From NCBI GenBank assembly GCA_951406725.2, contig OX597824.1, positions 57,846,001 through 57,910,000 of the forward strand: a stretch of DNA of 64,000 nt, in the 5' to 3' direction. Of the stretch, positions 53,890-64,000 are shown one piece after another; within the stretch, counting starts at the first letter, position 1, and every line of letters begins with the position of its first letter. A program made the position numbers and the translations under genes. Under the pieces are notes generated by a model. The model saw only the letters and a program-made list of their open reading frames with translations, was not told the origin of the DNA and searched no databases. The DNA is from Octopus vulgaris. Lineage: Eukaryota.

Positions 53890-54401
53890 TATATATACAT
53901 ATGTGTATATAAATATATGTATATATGTGTGTATATATATGCGTGTATATATGTGTGTGTAAATATATATTTGTATATATATGTATAATTATATCTATCT
54001 GTCTGTCTGTCTATATATGTGTGTGTGTGTTTGTGTGTTTATGAGTCAGCAGTACTGAAATATATATTACAAAGAATTTAGTTGTGATAAGGAACTAAAT
54101 AATAATATAAACATATTCGTTCTGTGTTATGGGTGTGTGGAAAGAAGAGGGTGGGAGCCTCCCAGTGGACAATTTCTGATTTTTTATTATTCCCCACTGA
54201 AGACGTAGACAATGTCCTGCCTCAGCCGATAGCACAGTCATATGTAAATATAAAGTGTGTGTGTGTGTCTACATGCATGCATACTTAACTCCACACTAAA
54301 TTTGTACACAGATATATACAGACAGCTATATACACGCATATACGAAGACAAAATCCATGTTCGTGTGTGAATATATATATACATATATGTATATATGTTT
54401 G

Positions 54402-54449
<48 letters not shown>

Positions 54450-55137
54450 TATATATGTGTGTGTATGTGTAGATAGATAGATAAATAGACAGATATACAC
54501 ACATACACGCACATATGCATATATATGTATTATTTAGGTATCATGCAAAAACACAACAATACTTCTACTTAATTTAGTTGGCTCCTGATATCCAATCGTT
54601 AAGTGAGAAATCGTTAAGTGAAAGACAAATTCACATATAAACACTGCTATAAATGGTGTTACGTTGTCCAAGTAACTGCTGCCTTGACAATTCCGAAATT
54701 GCCAAATGTGTCTAGTTCATAAATTTGCCAATCATTATGTTTAGACTGTCTAATTTATATTATAAAACTACTAACAATGAAAAAAGCTAGCTTTATTACT
54801 TTTAAAATTCTCTAGATTTATAGCATCCTGCTTGTCAACTATTTACATAAGTTGTATTAACATACACCTCATCTAGCTACAAATTAGCTGAATATATAAG
54901 GGTGAATTAATTTAAATTCTTCATACGCACATTTACATGCAAACACTCTCACGCACATTATCGCGACGTATTGACGTAATTAATCTTTCGAAACACTTAT
55001 GATGATTATCATTTATTTTGGTGAATTAACTATTCAATTTTTAGTTTTATGATTTTTAAAAATTATTAAATGTAGGTTAAGTGGTAGGTCGTTAAGCAAC
55101 GCCTGCGTATGTGTGTGCGTGTGCACGCGCGTGTATT

Positions 55138-55171
<34 letters not shown>

Positions 55172-56819
55172 CGATAATAAGGAACGTCGACATTAATATA
55201 ATTCTAATTACAAGAAAATCTTTGCTTTTTTGCACAGTCTGTTTTGAGTGAAGGGACAGGAAGACGAGTTCTTCGATACTGACAGTGCAGAAGTAATGAC
55301 CTGGTTGACTTATGTTGTATAAATCGAGGAATTAATTAGAAAATGTAGACATAGGACTGTATAGAAAACGCCGATTTAACTGTAGACGACATTACGTATA
55401 TGTCAAACCGAGAAACACGGTAATAAGTATATCTCGACATTTAGACTCCAAGATTACAATAAATGCTAACATAAAAACAGTGAATTTTTGAAAATATAAA
55501 TGGGCAAGCACTGCACATATCACAAACCAAGCAAGAAAATTATTTGTATATATAAAGATTTCAATCGCTCACCTTATATAATTAAAAGGTATTGTAGATA
55601 ATGTAAATACGTGTAACTGTAGCTTATCTTAAGATAATGACATATTTGATAAACCTGGCCTTCCTTGATATAGCTCACTAATGAGAAGTGTTTAAACGAT
55701 AGGGCCATAAGAACCCAGCTCTGCAAAAACCCCAAAGCTAAAGAATAGGGTAGTCATCCGTTTCAAACTCAATATCATCCGTTTCAAACTGTCTCCTAGC
55801 CCTAACAAAAACGTATTTCTGAATATACATAGTGAGAGCAAAATCTTGAATACACTTGTGGTTAGCTGTAGAGAAGCCCAAATTCTTAAACAATAGTTAG
55901 ACACACCATAAATCACCCCTTCTATGAATACAACTTAAAGAGCTACAGCCAGGTGTCTCATTAATAACACATCTCTTTTGAAGGAGTTGATATAAGAAGT
56001 GGTGTTCCAGCGAATGAAGTTTCGATAAAACTCTTCAGGTTGACGGAAAACTCATTGAAGCCTGATTCACACAACACATGCATATGCTCATGTCCAGGAA
56101 CAATTCCACTGTAAATTTAGTTAAAGGATAGAGAACTCCTCCATAAAGTGGAGTATAACTTCAAGAATATACAACAGGTATTGTACTTATTGAAACATGC
56201 GTGTTACAGAAGTCAGCGTACATGAAAATTTAAACTGCATACGTTTAAATATATCCCTTTCCTGCTGCAGAATTGTCACCAGTAAACCTGAGAATTTTTA
56301 AACACCCGTCAGTAGTATTCTTAGCATTTGATAACACTTATCACATTCTCTTTCTATCACAGCCTATGAACCCACAAATAGGCAAAAGTGAGAGCCACAG
56401 TAATTTTCTCTCATCTCACAATCCCAGCCCCACCGTATCTCTACTGTCCCCTGCTAAGGCCAAGAACTTTCTTTATTCACAAAAGTTTTCAGGTTGTTTG
56501 CCTGACTCGCAATTTCGACCTGCTTAGACGACTGTTCAGGAACAGACACAACCCATGAACCTAAGATGTCTGAATATCCGCACTGGTGGAGATTCGTGAA
56601 ATTCACATTTATACCAATGTTACCATTTCCTATAAGCCTACCTGAAACAGTATTACATACATCCAAGTGCAATGTTGTAATAACTGAGACGATATTTTAT
56701 ACATTTTATTAATTCATTTATTCCAGAAATGCACACTGCCATTTTTTTTTAGAATTCCAAAATTATGCATGCTGAACTTTTGTGTTCCGGTTTAAAACAA
56801 GTTTAACGTTGTGATTTTT

Positions 56820-57450
56820 TTGCACTTCACAACTTAGCTGCACACATTTGGTGTATGATTTTGTATCACGTGGATCTACTGCAATAATTTTGCAGCATCT
56901 GAACAGTTATATTTGTACCAGGTGACACTAAGATACCATATAATTCATGTCGACGTCATCAATCCTTGAAGTCGAACACATGACACCGAAATCGGCATAT
57001 GCTACCCTGAGGTAATGAAAATAACTGGTGCATCATAGTGAACTGGGAGCAGTAAAAACTGCAATATCAAACTGAGTAATGTATTTCTGGCAATTCATTT
57101 TTTTTATATCTGTTTTGATATCCAACAAAGATTAGGCTAGATTTTGCTATTGCCCTCTTCCGTACCTGTTCGGTTCACATCTTACTGAAAGGCATGTCAC
57201 ATATCTTTTATCTCACCACTGCAGCTTCCCTCCACAAACAAACACTACAGTGCTACAGGCTTGTAGTATCTCTGATTTCTAACAGCGGCATTAACATTGT
57301 CATACCAGTCACTTCACAACCAACGCTCTTTCCTTATCATCACTTCCATAATTTTTCTGCTGACTCAAGCTCATTTGGATATAGGAGTTGCATATACTGT
57401 GATTCCAGTAAACAGAAAGCCAGCCATACGTTCACATCTACAGATCGTAC
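56820..57450 (+). mobile_element. Highly decayed I-group LINE (post-RT and RNase H remnants)
   Basis: HLVYDFVSRGST resembles RLDYGSIVYGSA; LDFAIALFRTCSV resembles LRLATGAFRTSPV; IYCDSSK resembles IYTDGSK; correct order. Confidence 0.45.
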
Positions 57451-58540
57451 AATAGTTCAACCAGTTAAATACTTCTAACAATCTACTAATACAAAAATTA
57501 GTGAGATTTCCTAATCTGGTTTATTGTCTGATAAACTGATAAACTGGCTCGACATCAGGAGAGGTTTACAGATAATTAGGTCGACCAAAAGGAATTTTAA
57601 AGATGTGAGTGTGTGCGTACACTGTTTGTATGTTTGTGTCATTGTAGAATATAAAATTGGCTCACACCACATAGAAATTAGAACGTATGAGCTTAAATCT
57701 GGACATAGAAGCTTGAAACATATTTTGCAAAATACTGGGTAAAAGCTATGAATATTTAATCACGCAATGCAGAATGGTGAGGATGCAAGCTATGTTTTGT
57801 GTACAGAATCTACAATGTATGTTGGAGAAACGGCTAGCTGATATTGTTGTCAGTTGTTTTTTTTTATTTTTATTTTTTGAAGTGTTTTAGTATGAAATTG
57901 CGCTTGTGAATTTTAAAGGAGATAAAATCTAAGGTTCGGTGAGAGTTCCTGTGTGATCTACTGTGCAGCATATAGGTTGTAGTTACCGTTCTAGTAGTAT
58001 TAATTAGCATGGTCTAGAGTTCTACATTTGATGTTATTATCAATGCTTGCTTGTCTTTTAACAGCTATATGTATTTAGATAAGATGGTGTCTACATTTTG
58101 TTGATGTTTCTGAATGATAGATTATACGCTGAGTTCATGGAATCTAGTTTTGAATGTATTTTCAATTAGACTGATGTAGCATTACGGGATACTTTTGTTA
58201 TTGTAATGAAGACGTCTGCCCGATACAATACTGACAACAAATAACACTCGCAGAGCATCATTTTATTTATTTACATCAATGCGCAATTAGTTCAACATTT
58301 ATAGGTTTACCAGAAAGGAGCACCATAGAATTTTCATTTAGATATTTTATAGGAAATCAATTTATTTGTGGAGTATTTTTTAAATTTTATCCATTGACAT
58401 ATGTCCATATGTGGAAACTATGTGTTTGTGTGTATGTGTATGTGTGTGCATATATGCGTGCACATACATATATACATACACATATATAACCTAGCACTCG
58501 AGAATCAGAGTTGAGAAACTCACACACAACAGTATATATG

Positions 58541-58602
<62 letters not shown>

Positions 58603-59243
58603 CTAAAATTACTAAGTCTCTTTAAAAGAGATTACGACAGCGTTTCTAAGGGCATAATAAAAGTTTTCCATTAAGGTTTATGATTAAATTAATAAGGTAA
58701 TAATTATAATGAATTTGCCATTTTCGATGGGAGTGCAAACGCACACCAAGCACACCCGGAATAAACGTCCCTGTTAAATACAAAGTATTCAGAGTTGAGT
58801 TGCTATGCAGTTTCGTGTTTCTGTTGATTTCGAAACGTTTTGTAAATTTCGCCAGTCACTACTCAGTCTCGAAAGAGAATAAAGACAAACATGAAAAGTT
58901 GATTAGCAACTCGCGAAAATTTCAATGAATGTATGATTTTACTTTGAGTTTTGTTTAAGTTCTTAAGAGAGTTCAAGATGGTCGCTAACAAAGTGACTGG
59001 ACTTTCTGAGTTAAGAAAGTTCTCGGTGTTGGTAGTTGAGTTGGTGTGTTTATATGTATGTACGTATGTATGTATGTATGTATGTATGTATGTATGTATG
59101 TATGTATGTATGTATGTATGCATGCATGTATGTATGTATGCATGCATGTATGTATGCATGTATGTATGCATGCATGTATGTGTATACACTTATACAAAAA
59201 TATACATCATTAACATGTATCTAAATGTTGGAACGTGAATATG

Positions 59244-59285
<42 letters not shown>

Positions 59286-59890
59286 TATATATATATGCGT
59301 ATGTATGTACATATAATGTATATATATATGTGTGCGTGTTACTCATCCCATAAAGTGTTCAGATTACATCATTAGTGTGTGCTTGTAGGTGTATATATAT
59401 ATGTGTGCGTGTATATATACATGCATATACATATATGTATATATATATGTATATATTTATATACAGATACAAACATATACGCATTATATATATATGTATA
59501 TATATATATGAATATTTATGTGTGTGTGGGAGTATCTGTACCTTTCTCCAGTTATCTCACTAATGATAGAGAAATAGTCTCTTTAGTACTCCAAGTATTC
59601 TTCTTCTTCTTCTTCTTCTTCTTCTTCTTCTTCTTCTTCTTCTTCTTCTTCTTCTCCTCTTCTTCTTCTTCTTCTTCTTCTTCTTCTTCTTCTTCTTTAC
59701 TTCTCTCCCTCCCTGTATGTCGCGTCTTTTGTTACGTTAATGAAAGCTTACAGATTTGGTGGCGTCATTCACAAATTCGGGTCTGGCATACTGGGATGCT
59801 TCATTAAGTTCACACTTGTATATACATACATACATACATACATACATACATACATACATACATACATACATACATACATACATACATACA

Positions 59891-59921
<31 letters not shown>

Positions 59922-59927
59922 GTGTGT

Positions 59928-60005
<78 letters not shown>

Positions 60006-60067
60006 AATAATAATTGATAAGGGAAATGAGGAATGTTTCTAACAATGCAGAGATGAATATTAAAAAA

Positions 60068-60107
60068 CCTTTATATATTTCGAGCCAAAAGGTCCATCTT
60101 CAGAAGT
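60068..60107 (-). ncRNA. Minimal hammerhead motif
   Basis: CUU-CUGAAGA-U-GGACC-UUUU-GGCUC-GAAA-UAUA-UA-AAG. Confidence 0.6.
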
Positions 60108-60835
60108 GTACAGTGAAAGAAATGTGTGTGTCTATATAGATCCTGCTATTTGGGAGGATAGATCAAGAATATAAATGAATAAAATGGTATACATGTACGC
60201 ATATGTGTGTGTGTGTTAATATATATAAATATATATATATGTCTTGGGTAGTGCATGTAGAAGAAGGGTTATGCTTGGGGAGTTCCAGGGTTTTCAGGCA
60301 CGGGGATTCACTTAGCCTCCGTTGTTTGCAGTTTACTCTAGCCTGATGTATTAACATGCGTCAGGATCCCAGCTATGGGTTAACTAGCATATGTGATGAC
60401 AATCCATCAGAGCGCCTGAGTAGAAATATCTTTCTTTTGTATCAGACTGCATAGTAAGCCAATTTTCCAGGAGAGGGACACTCTGATGTACAAAATCCGG
60501 TTTCACATGATTATTGGTCATCTTACTTCAGCCTGTTGATAGGTACTATTCACTCGGAAAGTGATACTCGGATTGTACAAGCATTTATCATTATAATCCA
60601 ATGATGTGCAGATGTTTCTTTATGGTGATCTCATTTGTCATTCCATCTACAATCGCGACATATGCAGACCTAACCAGTTGGAAGTAACATAACTTCCGCT
60701 TGTCACCTACGTTTGAAACCATGCGGGTCTGCAACGGAATTAATAGTCATATTCAGAGGTCATGGACAGAAATGCCGTTGCCAGTGAGGAAGCAAAAGAA
60801 GACAGCGTTCATCTATGAAGATGGATTAATCATCA

Positions 60836-60891
<56 letters not shown>

Positions 60892-61002
60892 CCCAAACAA
60901 TGTTCATACAAACACACATTCACACACGTGTTCATATATATTTGTGAGTGTGTATACATATCTACACATGTATATATACACATACATGCATGTGTCCATA
61001 TA

Positions 61003-61067
<65 letters not shown>

Positions 61068-62238
61068 ATACGATATCCATGTATATTATGTCTATGTACA
61101 TTTGTATTTGTGCATTTGTTCATTTAGGTAGGTTTTGAAAGATATAACTGGGTCAGTTCTAAGAGATAAATCCTGTTGTACAGAAATCAATTCATGAAGG
61201 AATCATTCGGAATTTCGGGCTGCTTAGTGTGATATCAACCACAGTATTCATCAGGCATCTGTCAGTATTTAAAATGACCAAAGTGAATTCCATAAAACAC
61301 TATTCTAATTTATGAATTATGGGTATAATTGTATGCGTGTATACATATGTATATGTGTGTTGTGCGTGTGTGTGTATGTGTGTCTGTGTGAAAGCGTACG
61401 TGGGTGTGTGTGTTAGTGTTAGCTAATACAAATACCAATGAAAACAATTTGCTGCATCCACTAAGTTTTGTGATACTTGATGATATTTTAATATTTTCAC
61501 ATCTATTACCAAGGGGCCCAGTTTAGCTATCCTCACCAGTTTTGCTGATTCATTTCTACCTGCTGCTAACCTCAACAGAACGTTCTCATATTAAAGACAT
61601 GTAGTCTTTATGAACCCCAGGTTTTTGAACAAATATTGCAGTTATATTCTGTAAGACGATATACAACTTCCGCTTGATTATTCCCATGTGATATATTGCT
61701 GTTAATTTGAAATAACTCTATAACACATTGCTCTTTCAATCAGGTACAATGTTCCCACTGTCTGTCTATCATGCACAAAATTTCCTATCATAAAATATAT
61801 GCATGTGTGTGTGTGTATGCGTGCGTTCCTGTGTGCGTGCGTGTATGTATATGTGCACATTGTAAAATGACGGTTGATAATAAATCAGGTATATATTTAT
61901 AAAATAAATATATAAAACGACAATATATTCAGTAGTCAGTTCTTCGATTATGTTCAATGCATTTTATCATATATCTATATATATATATATCACTAAATTT
62001 AGTGAAATTTGATATCATAGAATTTTATTAGGCACTCTGCAGCACTTTGCCTGAAAATATGTTCGCCTGTATTAAGGGGTAATGATCTATATTCCTTCTC
62101 TCTTTCTCTCACCCATGCGTATATAATGTATGTGTATACATATATATGTATATATAAAATGTACGCGAGGGTGTACATATATATATGATGAGTGTGAATA
62201 TATATATATATATGTATGTATGCATGTATATATATATA

Positions 62239-62363
<125 letters not shown>

Positions 62364-62469
62364 AAATCATCTTGCTTGGATTGCGTCTCCCATCATTTGG
62401 TGTTGGATTCAGGTCTGAGCACTGATCTGTATGTATCTGCTTATACGCATTTCGATGTAATCTTACTCT

Positions 62470-62514
<45 letters not shown>

Positions 62515-62534
62515 TACACACATATATTTGAAAT

Positions 62535-63100
62535 AGAGAAGAGAAACTGTGCAGTTGTGGAAATTAGCTGCTCAGTAGATGCTAATATAAAGCAGATCAT
62601 TGAGATAGAGAATACCTACGGTGAACTATCGAGAAATCTGCTGTTACTCTATCCAGATTACAACTTCAGATTTATACCTGTAATTATTGGGGCCCTGGTA
62701 TGTGTAACATACAGTCTAAATACCAATCTTGAGAAATTAGGCTTCTCAAAACCAGAAAGGAGAAAACTGATTCGAAGACTACAAATCCATTCCATCACCG
62801 GAACTATAAGTATCTGTAAAACTTTCGAGAAGTTTATCATTTGAATATAAGTGAGCGTATCTAGATATGCAACTATATGCATGAGAACACATACATAAAA
62901 CAAAACATTCAAATCAGCACTTATACATACATTCATATATACATACATACATACATACATACATACATACATACATACATACATACATACATACATGCAT
63001 ACATACCCTGTTGTTGATGTTGAAATTCCAATGGATCTAGGTTAGAAACTGGCTCTTTTTCTATTGGCAAGAAATCTTGAAATAAAAGTGAATAATGACA
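62535..63100 (+). mobile_element. 3' fragment of the second RLE LINE family with (ATAC)n inside its 3'UTR
   Basis: EISCSVD..YGEL..LYPDYNFRFIPVIIGAL..ICKTFEKFII*; 3'UTR homologous to 45145-45335. Confidence 0.85.
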
Positions 63101-63257
63101 TTCATATATACATGGTATGTCCTAGAGATTTAACTGCTATCTCTATCGGACCGGAAAATCTCTCCTTGGTTGGCGAGTTGTTGATGCTAGTAATTATCAC
63201 TACTATATCATAAATGTTAATGTTATCATTGTTGCTGTTATTAGTTGATATTGCTAT

Positions 63258-63585
63258 GGGCAAAAGGCGTGACTGTGTGGTAAAAAGTTTGATTCTCAAT
63301 CACATGGTTCCGGGTTAAGTCCCACTGCGTGGCACTTTGGGCAAGTGTCTACTTGTGTGTATGTATGTGTGCGTGTTTGCATCTCTGTTTGTTCCCCTAC
63401 CACCTGATAACCGGTGTTGGTTTGTTTACGTCCCTGTACCTCATTGGTCCTACTAAAGATTCCGATAGAATAAGTTCCAGGTATGAAAAGTACTGGAGTC
63501 GACTTGTTCGACCTAAATTCTTCAAGGTTGTGCCCCAGCAATGCTGCGGTATAATAAAAGAAACAAGTAAAACAGAAAAGATAAC
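63258..63585 (+). mobile_element. SINE family A, internally deleted
   Basis: GTGACTGTGTGGTAA..CACATGGTTCCGGGTTAAGTCCCACTGCGTGGCACTTTGGGCAAGTG..GAAACAAGTAAAA. Confidence 0.85.
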
Positions 63586-63692
63586 AGAAATGTTTCTCAA
63601 CAGTGATATCCCCTTGCCGCTATTTTTACCATCATCGACATCATGAAATTGCTAAAAGGATATGCATACACACATGCGCACGCGTACACACA

Positions 63693-63749
<57 letters not shown>

Positions 63750-64000
63750 CCACAAATGTATTATAATCCATAATCGTTAGTTCAACAAAATCTATTTTGC
63801 CACACTGTCGATTAGCGATTAAATATTTCATTCACTCTTCGACTTATCTTTGTGTTCTTTTCTTTATTCTAAGTGGCCGGACATAACTTCTTTTGAGCTG
63901 TTCACCTCCTGTAATATATATATATATATATATAGTAGAAATACGTTACAAAAAGAAAATATAAAATACACGTGGAAATGTAAGGGGAAATATGAAAAAT

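Noticed and set aside
54195-54240. CTGAAGA followed by hairpin and GATAGCACAGTC
   Set aside because: No GAAA and no convincing stem I.

Overview
Repeat-dense, AT-rich metazoan intronic/intergenic DNA. The repeat repertoire suggests a mollusc, probably an octopod cephalopod (inference, no database search). No host gene can be called with confidence. Most ORFs in the track are artefacts of (TA)n, (CA)n, (TATG)n, (TATC)n, (AAT)n and (CTT)n tracts. Supported content: three tRNA-derived SINE families in many copies; R4/Dong-type and other RLE LINE fragments, several sitting in (TAA)n; Tx1/L1-, CR1-group- and I-group-like relics; two full-length decayed mariners plus mariner/maT fragments; MITEs; and three non-autonomous Helitrons. 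The most notable signal is a set of about ten short non-coding elements, mostly in or beside (TA)n tracts, carrying minimal type-I hammerhead ribozyme motifs. Related copies show stem covariation, and two occur as outward-facing inverted repeats. This fits Penelope-like pLTRs or retrozymes. All motif and pairing calls were made by eye, and boundaries of decayed elements are approximate.
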